DNA of 64,000 nucleotides from contig BFEA01000013.1 in NCBI GenBank assembly GCA_003427395.1, positions 465,326 through 529,325 on the forward strand. The letters are read 5' to 3'. This DNA is from Chara braunii (lineage: Eukaryota; Plantae; Charophyceae). Positions 1-14,159 of the stretch are shown piece by piece. Position 1 is the stretch's first letter. Each line of letters starts with the position of its first letter. A program made the position numbers and the translations under genes. The notes beneath the pieces are model-generated. The model saw only the letters and a program-made list of their open reading frames with translations. It did no database searches and was not told the origin of the DNA.

Positions 1-204
1 CCGTGTGCGAAATGGCTTGGGGCAGTGGTCGAAAACCGCATGGACAATGTACTGTCCACGAATGGACAAGTCCCAACCTGCAAAATTTGTTTCATGGATG
101 ACTTTTCAAGGAACTCGTTGCGTGGTGTTGAATTTGCACATTGTAGCAGGAAAGGACTCTCTGGCGCCTGTGATGTCCGACCGGAAAGTATTGCGTTTTT
201 TTTT

Positions 205-351
205 CTAGGTTGTTTGATTGGACATCCAGGTTCCCCCTAACCGTCCGGGATGTCCGACCGAACGTCTGGTCGGACGTCGGACCGGACAGGGTATGTCCGA
301 ACTAGCGCAAAAAAAATAAAAAAAAAAAATAATAATAATAATATATACATA

Positions 352-394
<43 letters not shown>

Positions 395-1486
395 GGTAAT
401 CGGCGCTCGGGACGGGCGGAACGCCGGAACCCGAACGCCCGAACGTATGGGACCCCTTGGGGATGCGTTCGGCCGTTCGGGCCGAACGCGGACCCAAAAA
501 AAAAAANNAAAAAAAGTCATCAAAAAAATATGAAAACAAGATATGTTATGGAAAAAAATAAATTAAATAAGATTTGCCTGAGCATTACATCCGAATCCCT
601 TACCAAATTTGAAATAAAAATAAAATACAGAAAACATATACTAATAATAAAAATAAAAAGAGAATTAAATTTAGTGAGTGCGCGAGCATGTTTTCGACAC
701 TGCCATCTTTGGCGATTTTTCATTTTTTTTTGGCATAGCCAAATGCCCTGAAAATTTACAGAGGTGTACTTCAAATAATACAAAACCCACTAAAAAAGTT
801 TCAAAAAATAATAAAATTGTTTAGACCATGAACTAAAGTGAAAACAAAAAGTTAAAAGTGAAAAAATACGTGGGCGAACCCGTTTTGACACCGCCATCTT
901 TGGCGATTTTTATTTTTTATTGGGCTCAGCCAAATGACTTGAAAATTTATAGGCATGTACCTCGCGTATTTGGCAAAACAACTATTTTTAGGTCCCGAAT
1001 ATTTTTTGGCGGGAGCCAAACGCCGTCGGGTTCGGACCTCGTACGGGACCCCGAACGCCCGTACGTATGGAGGTCTGCCCGGGGACCTCCGTTTGTACGG
1101 GCTAGTGACCCTGTATATATATATACATTTTGTTTTTGACACAAATCATGTGGCTTTCACCTCGCATTAGGTGTATGCCACCAAATTTTTGGATCATTTG
1201 GGCCAGTAGAATAAATAATAAAAATTTTCACAGATTCTAATCCCCACCCTCCTATCCCCACCAAAACCCATCTAACCCCCCCCCCCCCCCCTCAAATACC
1301 ACCATATCACCAAATGCTTAGAAAAATGCGAAACGTTTTGTGGGGGGTCTCGAGGATATGCGCAACACTGTGATTTTTTTTTATTTTTTTTTTTTAGTGC
1401 CAAAAAGTCGTTATCCGGAAATCCGGACGACGGGGGTACCTGACGTCCGGGGGAGACGTGCGGTCTCCGGACCATTGGTAACGTAG
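205..1486. mobile_element. Putative hAT-like non-autonomous element hosting a nested MITE
   Basis: Weak terminal inverted repeats (CTAGGTT... / ...AACGTAG). GC-rich subterminal GTCCG/CGGAC motifs at both ends. Flanks GCGTTTTT(TTTT) / GTGTTTTT resemble a decayed 8-bp TSD. Confidence 0.4.
392..1113. mobile_element. hAT-like MITE inserted in a (TA)n microsatellite
   Basis: Ends CAGGGTAAT... and ...AGTGACCCTG (CAGGGT-type TIR), with TATATATA on both sides. Subterminal CCCGAACGCCCG motifs. Internal direct repeat at ~690-770 / ~880-960. Confidence 0.7.
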
Positions 1487-2870
1487 GTGTTTTTTCATTT
1501 CGTTTCTTTTTGCGAACCGATTGTATCCTTGCATTTGAGTGTCAGGCTACGCTGCCAGGCGGGCCGCACGGGTCATCTTTTTATTCCGGGGGGAAGGACC
1601 CTGCCCGACTCCCTGTGCCCTGCGAGCTTCACGGCCTGCTATGTGGTTGGTTCCCTACGTTGTTGCATGCCTGCCTGGACTCCTGCTTACCTGCATGCCC
1701 GTCTGCCCGCCCACCTTTTTGTATGTCAAACGTCCACAAACTCTATGTTTACCTGCATGGTTATCTGCCTCTACCTTGCCCTCTGTTCCTGGCTTGTGCG
1801 GAACCCCTTCGTGCATGGGCCGTTATCTGTGTGCCCAACCTGCCCCGGGCCTGTGTCTCACCCCTGCCTGGAGCCTGTGCCCCCGACCTAACCCGGGTCT
1901 GTGTCGCCGACTTGCCCCAAACCTGTCTGCTTGACTTATGAATGGCCTTGGCATGGGTGCAGGGAAGGATTCGCATCGGCACCTGGGCCTGCATGCCTGT
2001 GTCACCGACTAAACCCTCGAGCTATGTCCAAGGCCTCTTTCTTCGTATTGACTGCATGGTTGTCCCGAACCGGTGTCCACAACCTATCCTGGACTTGGGG
2101 TCCCGACCTGTGCATCGCGTTGGGCCTGCCTGCCTGTATCCCTGCGTGCCTGCCTGTGTCTCTGCGTGCCTGCCTGTGTCCCTGCGTGCCTGTCTGTCTA
2201 TGCCCAATTATTAGAGAGACTTTAATTTATGATTTTTTCATGGGAATTTGTGTTTCAATTTCAAACTTCAGAAGGAATAAATAATTTGACAATTTTTTTT
2301 TTTTTTTTAATTGTCGCAAATTGATAGATTAACAAATTGAAAAAAAAACTCATTTGGTTAGAATGAAATTGTGCATGTCATTGCACTTCTGATATGGATG
2401 ATCTTATGTCAATGATTATGGCATAATCTGGTCAATTCAAATGTTGCTTGCTGGAAGTGATTGTGGGCTCTGATGGACCTATTTCTGTCTGGGTCTACAG
2501 GGTCTCTGCTGCTAGTGTTTGTTATGCACCACCTGATGGCAACGTGGACCCTTCCCGACAATCTTTTCAAACCCCTTTCAGTAAAATGATCGTTACTTGA
2601 TTCCAATTATACGCATACATGCAACGATGAGAGAGATCAGGCAAAACTCCAGAAACTTTAAATTACCAACAAAAGAGAGTCGTATTTATAGTCACCAAGT
2701 GACAAGCACATAGCACAAGTCCATAGCACAGCCTCTGCTCCCGGTCCTTTTGTTAATTTTTTTAAATTTTTTACTAGATTGTAAATTTAATCTTTTAATT
2801 ATTGAATAAAAATTCAAAAAAATCGAGCAAAGTTGAGTGAGCTTGTTGTGTTCATGTGTGTGTATGCGTC

Positions 2871-2902
2871 CGTGCGTGCGTGTATGTGTCTGTGTGTATG
2901 CG

Positions 2903-2949
<47 letters not shown>

Positions 2950-3004
2950 AAAGGAGAGGGAGAGAGAGAGAGACAGGTAGAGAGAGACAGAGAGAGAGAC
3001 AGAG

Positions 3005-3048
<44 letters not shown>
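2871..3048. repeat. Compound (GT)n-(GA)n microsatellite
   Basis: Directly visible; many similar tracts occur across the window. Confidence 0.95.
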
Positions 3049-3052
<4 letters not shown>

Positions 3053-4205
3053 AGATAAATCATAAGACTTTCAACTCTAAGCCCAAAAAAAATTAAAAAA
3101 AAAAAATTAAAAAAAAAAAATTATAACTATTAAAATTCAGAACAACAAATTAACTTGAGAAGTTTCGAGTTAGAAAATCAATGGTATGGCATTGTTTTCA
3201 TTGACTGAGGTTATTAGCAAACTGAGTATATGTTGCAAGGACAATGATTGAGACAACATCCAGAAATCCAAATTGCAATTACAAAAAGATAGCAAAAAGC
3301 ATCAAAATGAACCAGTGGGAATAATTTTACTTGAAATCACCAAAGTACAAGAATGAACAATTTTGGCAATGTAGCCCTTCGTCATTATCATAAAAAAGTC
3401 ACAGTTCAGGCGGGTGTTCAACACTCAGTCCCTCCTAGATCATCTACAACTAGCTCATCTATGTTGTCGTCAGTCAGTGCCGCCCATAGCAAACATTCAG
3501 CACATATCCTGTGGACCCCCCCTCTCTCACTCTCTCGTCGCTCCTTTTCCCCCACATGTCCTTATTACCGAGCGACAACCATATGCACCACTAACAACCA
3601 GTCAGGTCGCCTGCCTATGACGCCTAACTGCCTTCTCCTGAAAGCAGATTCAGCAGGTGAGCAACTTGCCCTACAATTTGGGACATACGCTCTCGAGTGG
3701 TGGTCTAGAGCAGCATCACCAGCTTGACCGCATGAGCATACCACCAAGTGGAAGAGTAAAGCTCTTCCCTTCCGCTTTGTTTTATACAATGAACTTATGG
3801 AGACCTAGTACTCAATGTACAAGCCCAGTTTCAAGTTGTTTCAAGGGCCTGGTACCGACATTTAGGCCATTCAACTATGTGATGTGGGCAAGGTTGCATG
3901 CATTGTTTGCATTGCTCGTCGGAGCCTAAATCATGTCATACAGTATGCACCATTCACGTAGGGGGCTTAGGGTGGCGTAGAGTCAATATCGGCGACCTTA
4001 TGTTATGAATTTGGTTGTCTGCAAATTTCATTTCAGACTCACACTGAGACAATCTCACCCACGCCCATACATGTATAAGTAGAAGGGGAGAGGAGACAGA
4101 GTACAAACTGCACACAGCGAAAAACAATTGTGCACATATGTGAAAACACACAGTGTGTTTCTTACCCTCTGACAATACTCCTAACAACCAATCATAGGAA
4201 GATAC

Positions 4206-5070
4206 TGCGAGGATAATAGTAGAACAGTAACCAAGATTAAGCCAATCGATTCAGTTATCGTTACGGAGTTTACCCCAGTATCTCGCCACCACAGAACCTC
4301 ATGCCCCACTCTCTGTACCACACCCAGTTAGTGGCGCTAATCTAAAAATAGCCTCCCAGAGGTCAGCGCCAACCAGCAGGATGCAGAACAACACCAGCGA
4401 TGAAATCCCCAGTGTCGAAGTAGGAACTCTGACGATGAAAGTTGCAACTATGGTTGCAGTGCCACTGTAGAAGCTGCAACAAACCCTGATGAAGATGCAG
4501 CGCAAGTGATCCACCTCACGATCCCTAGTGTAGATCTAAAAAATAGCCCAGCCAATCGCATGCACCCTCAGGGATGGATGCTCAGAGGACGTCCCAACTA
4601 TGGCGAGCTCCTAAAGGCTGGCTATGGCTGACGTCTCTGTAGAGGGTCTCAGAATGCCGCCTGCAGACATTCGCCCCTTGCTTGCTTGGCTCACTCCGTC
4701 CAGTACCAACGAAAAATGAAGCTGCCAAAAGTGTCAACTCTACAACGACAGTTCTATTAATGGAACTACCCTAACCTAACCTAGACTACTGGACCGGTAC
4801 CGCATCAGTTTGGCCTCTTCGGCCTGGACCCTACCCGACTATACGGCGTCTAGACCGTCTCTACAGCGCAAGGCCCAGATGGGCCTGATGTCCTAGTCAT
4901 AGCCCGGCCTGCTAAAGGCAGTAACGGCTAAGGGGAACTCGGGTCTGCAATTATTGTAAAAATTGCAGATGAGTCCCTCACGAATTTCCCTTCGGATTGA
5001 ATTCGCGGTTAGTCCCTGGCATAAACAAAATTACGAATTTGACCCTAAGATACGACTGAACAGCCTCACA
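4206..5070 (-). mobile_element. Solo LTR (Ty3/gypsy)
   Basis: TGCGAGG...CCTCACA inverted ends. The termini resemble the LTR ends at 61468 (TGTAAGGAAT...AACCAAG) and 32161 (TGTGAGGA). No matching TSD (GATAC vs ATCAG). Confidence 0.5.
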
Positions 5071-5157
5071 ATCAGATCTCGACAGTAGAAATCAGCAAAT
5101 CATTGCACTTATGTTTCTGCCGAGCGTCTTACACCTCACAATATGAATCACTCATTC

Positions 5158-5202
<45 letters not shown>

Positions 5203-6288
5203 AATTCACTTTCCTTCGCTTGTATTGCAAAAGTCGATTCCTGATCTTGTTAGCATCTGTTGTCGTTTTTTTCTCACGATCAATTTGACAAATAATTGAT
5301 AAGATGAAGTTGAAGCGTGTTTTGTTCATATACCTGTAGCAAAACCAATTCAAAAGAAGTTAGGAACAAATAGTATAAACATCAACTTAAGTCACACTAA
5401 TCTTAAAAATAGGCTGAGGGTTTAAAATTTTAACAACAAACAACAGATGATATACATGCAGGAAACACACTATGAAACAACATACATAACAGACACGTCA
5501 CCTATGTGGTCTGCGCTTGTTCCCAACACCTCTGGCAAGCCGCAAACACCCCACAATCCACTTGAAGCGTTGCTCACAAATCGACATGTTTGCTGATTTG
5601 AGTTATTCGCAAACCTTTGGGCTTATGTTGTTTTTGCACCAATATCCCATGTGGTTCTTGCGAAAGTGGAAGAAATCAACTGCATCAAAAAATTATTAAA
5701 AAAAACAACAAAAAACAATGTTAACCAGGTGGTGTTCAAGGGGGCGGTGGGGGGTGTTGGTGGGTTCTGTGCGAAAGATTCAGAGGGTTTTTTATTGTTT
5801 ACCAAATGTTTTGGGGGTTAAATAACAAAAACCACATAGAGCATGCACATTTAAAAAACACAAAGAAAAACAAAAATGAAAAAAAGACAGACCATCTCAT
5901 AACTATCGACATACAAACCTGAAATCGATTCCTTAATATATATTGGTGGTCCTCCTCCTCTAGAACATGTATCACGATATCTGGGGTTTTCATAGAGGTG
6001 GGTTATATATGACTACCTCAATATTCTCATGATTTTCACAGACAAACTTCTGGATTTTCCACAACGGACGGTGAAGGCAAACTTTGAAGCCCCATCTTGG
6101 AGACAAAAAAAAGGACACCCGATACCCCCCCAAACCCCGCCTTACCCTACCCAACCAGCCCCTGATTTCAAAATATTTCTCGGCGGATTTTGGGTGTATC
6201 AGCAAGTGCAGTACAACTCCCAACTCCGATCTGAAAAAAAAGAAAGTGGAAGATATTTTTTTTTTATTGGTAGGCTACCGCTAACCAA

Positions 6289-6515
6289 TGTTGTCCAGCC
6301 CCAGGCGCGGGGCCCCGGGGGTACCCCGGGGGTGGCCCCCGGCCCCCGGATTCGGGAGGCCAAAAAAAAAATAAAAAAAAATCATTAATTTAAAAAACAA
6401 AAAAAGCAAATATGGGGGGGTGCGCACGAACAGCCTCCACCCCCTGGGCCAAACTTTGTTTTTGCCTAAAAATACCCCTTGGACCCCCCCCCCCGGGGTC
6501 CCCCCCCCCTCTCGG
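6289..6515. mobile_element. Short GC-rich insertion (truncated MITE) flanked by a direct repeat
   Basis: CGCTAACCAA at 6279-6288 and 6516-6525. A paralogous segment at ~6910-6996 appears to show the empty site. Confidence 0.5.
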
Positions 6516-7112
6516 CGCTAACCAAATGGCCTGTGTGGCCAGCTGCGCATAAGTCTGCAGTCAGCGGCAACGGACAGTGTGGGTGCAACCTTGCCTTTCA
6601 CAAAAAATAAATTATGACTCTATAGTTTCAACAAATCACCTATTGATTGGCAGGAAGAACGAATAATGTAAGGTGGTCGGTGGCCTACGGACTGATGGGT
6701 GACTACTTAAGGTATAATTGTAGTGGTTGTAATACCCAATGAACTCCAGGGATGGGTGATTCGCAAAGAGAGTCAGCAAATAATGATATGCCTGCACGCA
6801 AAATCACACGCAATTTTTTTTTTTTAATTTTTAAGAAAATCAAAATGTGCTTGGAATGGTTCATTGCAAACTGAAGTTTCTCAGTAGACTTGGAGTATAC
6901 TCAGCAAGCACAGTACAACCCCCAACTCAGATCTGAAAAAAAATAAGCGGATGACTGTTTTCTGACCGGTCGGCAAACCGCCAACCGGTCGGCCTGCTAA
7001 CCGTCCCCACAAGACGGTCCTTGTTTGGGGTCATTGGTCGGCGGCCTGACAACCCAGGTTTGCATACATTAAAGAGGAAGAGAGATAGTCATGGAAGATT
7101 ACCTTGACTTAC

Positions 7113-7442
7113 CTGTATACAAGACTCTCTAGGGACCATTTCCGTTGGTGGAAACATGAAACCACAAGACCAAAAGCAATGAACAGTTTCACATCTTCTG
7201 TTGTTTCTCGTCAAATGTCTTTGGAGTACATGAAGTTCTCTGCAGTTTGGCTGCTTTGATTTGTTCTTCATCGAGTTCAAAGCCACGATCTTCCGGAAGC
7301 AGTTGTCCTTGATAAAAGTCAATTGGTAATTGTTTGTCAACTTCATAACTGTGTGTCCTTGCTTTCCATGAAACTCATTGTGATGACACCAAATTGATTT
7401 CACGTAGGGTCCATTTTTCCATTTGAGAAGGTAGAACCACTC
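7113..7442 (-). other. Isolated exon-like segment, product unknown
   Basis: Minus strand TTGCAG| acceptor and CAG|GTAAGT donor bound exactly 330 nt (110 codons, phase 0-0), with no stop in the 7089..7448 ORF frame. Confidence 0.3.
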
Positions 7443-9599
7443 CTGCAATCAATCAGTCGACAAAAAAAGATATGTTAATTATGTTATTTGAAGTTATTAC
7501 CTACCAGCCGGGTCGCTCGGGTCCACGTTCTTTGCTCGGGTGGAAGGTCGCAGCAAAAAAAGAAAAAAACATTAATTTTTTTTAAAATTCAGTAAAAAAA
7601 AAAACTATGTTGTTCAAAAAATATAATTAGAAAAAGTTAATACAACCCATAAGCAACACACCGAGGCCAACGCTCACCGATCCCCCTGTCACACCATCGA
7701 CCATCCCAACAACTAGCTCTACATCAGGCCACACTCAGAGTAGTCACCTGGAGCACAGATTGGACATAGCTCTAAAAACCCAAAACGCACAGGATATTGT
7801 CAAGTGCTCGAGAACCTAACCAGGTACCCTATAAGAACTGGTTACCTCCAAGACTCACTGTGAAGAACTGGCTACCTCCACCAACGACCTCCCAGCCACA
7901 GCCACCAACCACACAAACTAACACTACGACACCCACAGACCACTAACCCAACACACAGAGCCCACACAACCACAAACCTCTCCCCTGACCACTCCTCCCA
8001 GTGCACCAACCCATCTCACAATATCTGCCAAACACATCCTCCCTCACTACCCCATCAGCATAGAACACCCGCTGGAAGCCAACACAAAGGAGATGGCTTG
8101 GTAGGCTCAATACTAAACGAGAGACGCTCGGTCAAGAACTGACTCCCACTAACCCCTGAGAGAGAAGAACACACCAGATTCCACAACAACGAACCTAGCG
8201 TTCCAACCACCCCACAGTTCCCCACTACAATCATCTCATTAAATCCCATACAGCAGCTTCCCGACGGGACAATCTCACCAACCTAACACCTCAATCGACC
8301 TTTGCTCAACCACCTCCAATCAAACCCCCCGATAACACACCTACACACAGTCCAATCTACCCCTTCCCAACACACAAACACAACCCTCACACCCCCTTGC
8401 CAGAGCCAAGCATCAAGAGGAAGCCAAGGAAAGAGAGCTCAACAACCTTGGAGGAACATCCCAAAAGAGAAGGGAAGCAGGCGCCCTACAGGCTACACAA
8501 GAGGGGACGACAGAGAGACAAAAGGTGGACTAACACCAGAAGATGTACAAAGCCAGGAGGTACAAAGAAACCGGAAGAGGAACGGGCCCGTTGAAGAAGA
8601 CGGACGTCTACAGGGTCAAAGTACAACTCACAATGAGGAGGAGTTTCTGCAACAGACATGACATTCCAACCCCAACATAAAAGAGAGAAATGTCTTAAGA
8701 TAGAAAGTAAGAGAAACAAAGACAACACTATGCCCAAACCCAGATCTGGAACAGGAAAATATTACATGCAATCTATTAGACCCTGAAAGCAGCTTGAAAC
8801 TAGGTCTGGAACTCAGACAAGGGGAGGTTAGACAGAACCTTCAGGGTATAGAGCTTAAGCAAAACAGCTTCAAAAGAGGGGTGATGGGCCCACAACCTAG
8901 TTTTCTTAGTTTTAAAGGAGAGATCAGACGGATCCCCATAGGGTCTTCGAGAGGTAACAAGGTAAAGGCAGAGCACCAAGAGACAAACAGCAACGAGAGC
9001 GGTACGCAGAAGGAAAGCGAGAGAGAAAGTAGTAAAAAGTTGGGACTACGGCCCAGTCGCTCTAGCTGACCACAGACGGATTTGACAGAAACTCGAGGGT
9101 TTCTGAAAGGAAATGGATACAGCTGACCTTCAGGATATCAGGGAGATAATAGGACACAAACTTGGGTGAAACTTGAGAGTACTCCGAGAGGATGATGTGA
9201 GGCTTAGATCAGAGCTAGGAGGGTTATTAAACAGGCGGAGCGTGGAAGGTAAGTTGGCTGATGCTGTCAGACACACCCGGGTAGAAATGTGAGGTCCCCG
9301 ACCTTTCTTTTCAGAAGTTTTAATACAAGTTGGTTTTTGTTATTAAAAAAAAAACAGGTACCCTAATCCTACCCCATACTGGGCATACCCTATACACCCA
9401 CTCTCTCAAACCCATGTCTAGACCTTTCCGACTACATCCTCACTTTCAGCCCCAAACACACGCTAAACCAGCCTCTCGCACAATAAGCTTTGAGCTATAA
9501 TAACTTCGATCACAACTCGCCCAACTGGGGCAAACAACAAGGAAGATCCATATAAGAGGGGACAGAAGGATTGCAGTCTAACAAACTTCATTTCCTTGC

Positions 9600-9700
9600 T
9601 CAGAGAGGCACAGTGGACAAAAGAGTTAAGTATGTTTGTCCTATATACAACCCAATGGAGTCGTCAAGCACACAGATAACATAAGCAAAGGGAAGGGGAA
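9600..9700 (-). pseudogene. Possible GIY-YIG endonuclease remnant (Penelope-like element)
   Basis: Translation AYVICVLDDSIGLYIGQT resembles the VYxI...YIGxT motif; no intact continuation. Confidence 0.35.
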
Positions 9701-9769
9701 CAAAATCGGAGCCAGAGCAGAAGAAAAGGGGAGGAGATTGAAGAGAGCACAAGCGGTTATCGGGTAGCT

Positions 9770-10280
9770 GAAAATTCAGGAATGAAAATTCTGAAGTGAG
9801 AGTTTTGGGCAGTCTGAAAATCCTGAATGGTNNNNNNNNNNNNNNNNNNNNNNNNNNNNNNNNNNNNNNNNNNNNNNNNNNNNNNNNNNNNNNNNNNNNN
9901 NNNNNNNNNNNNNNNNNNNNNNNNNNNNNNNNNNNNNNNNNNNNNNNNNNNNNAACCACCTATTTAGGCAGGCTGTATCCTGAAGTCGTGAAGGGTGTTC
10001 TGAAGTGGTCAAGTGAGAGTTTTGGGCAGTCTGAAAATCCTGAATGGTCATGAAGTGGTGAAATGTCCGAAGACCATGAAAACCATCCTTCACCACTTGA
10101 GGATATAGCCTGCCTAAACAGGTGGTTTTCAGGGTCGTCGGAGCTTTCACCACTTCAGGACCATTCAGTATTTTCATACCTAAATGATCCTGAAGTGGTG
10201 AACGGTCGGAAGACCCTGAAAACCACATGTTTAGGCAGGCTGCATCCTGAAGTGGTGAAGGGTGTCCTGAAGTGGTGATG
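9770..10280. repeat. Array of alternating direct/inverted units with core TGAAGTGGTGAA
   Basis: Units at ~9954-9998, ~10085-10137 (inverted) and ~10212-10265. Same core as the 56840-58620 array. Confidence 0.8.
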
Positions 10281-11156
10281 AAAAATACGACTGTTGTTAA
10301 CCTTCTCTCGAAGAGAGCTCACATAAGGGTTCAGGGCTTAGGGCTTAAGAGCCAAGCGGGAGAAAAAGTGAAGAAAGGAGGTAGCACAACACAAGGCATG
10401 AGGTTTTGAGCAGCTCGTTGGAGGACAAGTGATCTCAGTTCATAACCTAGAGCTCCTAGATATTAAAGTAAGTTCTGACAAACTGCCAAAGGGGTGACTG
10501 AGAAGGAACTTCTTGGAATCTCAGTGCGACATACATAGTTCCCACATGCGCGCAGACAAGGCCCGACCAGTAGGCTACGGGTCTAGGAGGTTGAGTACCA
10601 GTCTAGGGGTTGTCTAGGGAGTCTCTGTCATTTCAGTGTAGGGGTTGGGGTTGTGTAGGGGTCTGTGTCGTTTTAGTCTACGAGCTGTCCAGCGGTCCGT
10701 GTCGTTTCATCACGTACCAGCCGCTTGGGCATTGTGCAAGTATCGCAAGTGAGGCCCTGGTACAGTTTGAATGTCGGATCAGAGTTTTGGCGCCAGACCA
10801 CGTTCAGGTTGTTGTAGGCCTTGTAAAATTTAAGGTGCAACCTGATGAGGGTCGCCAATCGCAGGTTAGATCGGACGACCGTATTTTGAGTTGAGGGAGC
10901 CTGGAGGTAGAACCAACGCTATATTTAGCTATTAGCCCAGACACTGCCTAGGCATTCAGTAGGATACACTTCACAAATCAGCAGCAACGCTCAGTTAGCG
11001 GTGTAGCATTATAGCCAACGCTAGGAGTAGTGCGGGCAGAAGAGAGAGAGCAACATGGTGGAGGCCAGGGGACTCACCTGACGACTTACCTCAGCGCCTG
11101 CACTCCGGCTTCGTTCTCAGTTGCCATACCTGCAGCACGACATTCTGCATGTGATT

Positions 11157-11195
<39 letters not shown>

Positions 11196-11282
11196 TCCTC
11201 TTCTTCTTCTTCTTCCTCTCCATCCTGTTCATTCTTCTTCTTCTTCCCCTCCTGCATTCTTTCCTACATCTGATACTGGGTT

Positions 11283-11339
<57 letters not shown>

Positions 11340-11877
11340 ATCTTTCTCTTTCTCTTCTTCTTCTCCTCCTGCTTTCTTTCCTACATCTCCTACTGGGTGA
11401 AGAGAGAAAAAGAGAGAAAGGGGGGGCAACGTTTGTGACTATGAGATATGACGATATTATGGTTCAGACTTTAAATTTGGACAGCAACATTGAGGGGGAC
11501 TATTGTGGGATTGCTATCAACGACATTTTGGATTGCTGACATCTCCAGTCTCATCTCCGCCTTCTTTGTCTCTTCCCCCTCCTCCTCATTTGTGTATGTA
11601 TGTGATGTAGCGCCTTCTTCTTTGTATGGAGCGTCAGGCCCCTTCACACCATGTGAGGATGATGATGATGATGTTCAAACTGGGTCATGGCATTGATTGG
11701 TGTTGATTTGTTTGTATTTCAGTCGTCCGTTGTGACACATTGCTTTATCTTTGAGATGTCAGTTCTTGGTTCTGGTATGTATCATTTATCCATGTATTTC
11801 TCTGACTTAGCAGTGAAATACGAACCGGGCTGATGCTCCCATGAATGGATGAGAAGCCAGAACAATAAGGTTGTGTT

Positions 11878-12386
11878 CTGGGCTACCAGACCCGCACGGG
11901 CCCGGCCGCACGGCCGGGGAGCCGGGGCAGTGCGATTTGGACCCTCTTGCCCGGGTCACCCGGGCAAGTAAAAAAAATAGTCAAAACTTTTTTTTTTTTT
12001 TTTTTNNNNNNNNNNNNNNNNNNNNNNNNNNNNNNNNNNNNNNNNNNNNNNNNNNNNNNNNNNNNNNNNNNNNNNNNNNNNNNNNNNNNNNNNNNNNNNN
12101 NNNNNNNNNNNNNNNNNNNNNNNNNNNNNNNNNNNNNNNNNNNNNNNNNNNNNNNNNNNNNNNNNNNNNNNNNNNNNNNNNNNNNNNNNNNNNNNNNNNN
12201 NNNNNNNNNNNNNNNNNNNNNNNNNNNNNNNNNNNNNNNNNNNNNNNNNNNNNNNNNNNNNNNNNNNNNNNNNNNNNNNNNNNNNNNNNNNNNNNNNNNN
12301 NNNNCCCAGCCCAGTTGCCCGGCCGGTCGTCCCGGGCAGGTCCCGTGCCAGCTTTGGGGACCCGGGCGGCAGGGCTGGTAGCCCAG
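11878..12386. mobile_element. hAT-like MITE (interior is an N-gap)
   Basis: 12-bp TIR CTGGGCTACCAG / CTGGTAGCCCAG. Decayed 8-bp TSD GTTGTGTT / GTTCTATT. GC-rich subterminal CCCGG motifs. Confidence 0.75.
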
Positions 12387-12574
12387 GTTCTATTAATAAA
12401 AAATTATATTTATTTAATAAAACTAATTATTAAAAAAAATTGTCATTAGAGAAAGTTTGGGAGTTTTAATTGTTCAAAAAAACATTTAAAATATGATCAA
12501 TTTTCCAGACTTCAGCAGAAAGCTTATCAGACACATAGAGAACATATTTGGTATCACATTGTTAATAAATAAGC

Positions 12575-13480
12575 TTACCCAGTGAACAGTCGAGAAGCGA
12601 TGATGTAGTTTGCGTTGCTCATACGTGTCCATGTTTGAAAATGTGTCCGACATGCAATAGGATCCTTAATATCTGAAATGGTAATTTGGATTTCTGGTGA
12701 CTTATGGGATTCACTTAATTCTTCTGTGATGTCCTCCAACTCATCTTCGCTATCAGACTCTTGGAGATGGTTTTTACACCATCTGATGTTTCTGGACAAC
12801 CTTTTACAATCGCACCGACAACAGTCTGATAAAGATCAACATCAGTATTAACGTATCTTGAATTGTAAGCTTTGAAGTGACCGTCGACCTGACAGTACCT
12901 TCCACGCAATTCATCCTTACAAATCTTTAGATGGTTGAGCGCTTCTTCCAACAGATGATACCAAAATGGATCTTGGACCTACATTCAAAGAAGAGCCAAC
13001 AAAGTGATTCGTATTAGATTGGAACAAATACCATTTAACCAGCATGGAAGTCCACTTCTTACTATTGACACTATAAGAGATTCAACATTTCCATGGATAA
13101 CATCTTATTCTGTTACTTCAACGATATGGGTATAGTGAGTACACCACATATACTTAGAAAGCTTATAAAAAATGGGAAGTTACCTGTGTCAAGATACCAT
13201 CATATGGCAATGCATAATCCAGATAAGATATAAGATGGTGTGCATGTTTTTGAAGAAACAAGGATGTTCTCCAACGAAACTATGCATCCTCAAATCTTTG
13301 TCGATTCAAACAATATCTTTGTGTTTGCTTGTGTTGTTGAATGTTTTGTTCGAGATCAGTCAGATGTTGAAACCTTGTCTGCTCATCTCGCTTATTATGG
13401 ACTTCAACGGTTGCTTGAAATCTTAAATGAAGTCGATATCTGCATAACGAAAAACACGGACGAAGACATATAAAAAACTT
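12575..13480 (-). pseudogene. Degenerate AT-rich coding-like remnant, unidentified (possibly transposase)
   Basis: Consecutive minus-strand ORF pieces with protein-like composition; no diagnostic motif recognised. Confidence 0.2.
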
Positions 13481-14159
13481 CAATTTGTTAAACTATTAAC
13501 CACTTAAGTTAATGCAGAATGGATCCTGTTATGGAGCCAAGGTGCAAAAACGACTAAAGCTGGGTGAGGAGAATATTAGCAACAACACACAAGTCTGCGG
13601 CAGGAATGTTTGTCATGCTATGCTCCGCTGACAACGAGCACCCTGCAACACTGGTTCCTAGCACGAAGCTTCACAAATAACATCGAAAGAAGCAGCACTG
13701 ATCATTCAAGGTGGCCTTTCCTCTACGGATTCACAAATTGCTCCTCTACCAACATCCAGACGCCCACATATTGCCTTACCTCCGACTAAGCAATGACCCT
13801 TGATTACCTATTAGCAATGCACTGGAGGGTAGACTGGGGGCAAGCCAAGTGAATGATGAAAATAAAGCAAAGCAACTCCAACCTTTCGGCATTTGGGTGT
13901 TGGCAACCATGTGCGGGCATGTTGGTGTTGTTGTGTTAGGTTGACATTTGATCGAGTATGTATGTGGTACGTCTAGTCGAGTGGCTTAGACAGTTGCTTG
14001 GTGATAGGGCAGTCCGATGCCATAGCCAGGCGCGACCTGATTGACGTGGATATGGTGGGTGCTTGGTGTTAAGGCGTTGTGCTTGAGGTTGGCGAAGGTG
14101 GATATGATGGGTGCTTGGCGGTAATGCACTGTGCTTGAGAATGCATGCTCTGTCGGTTC

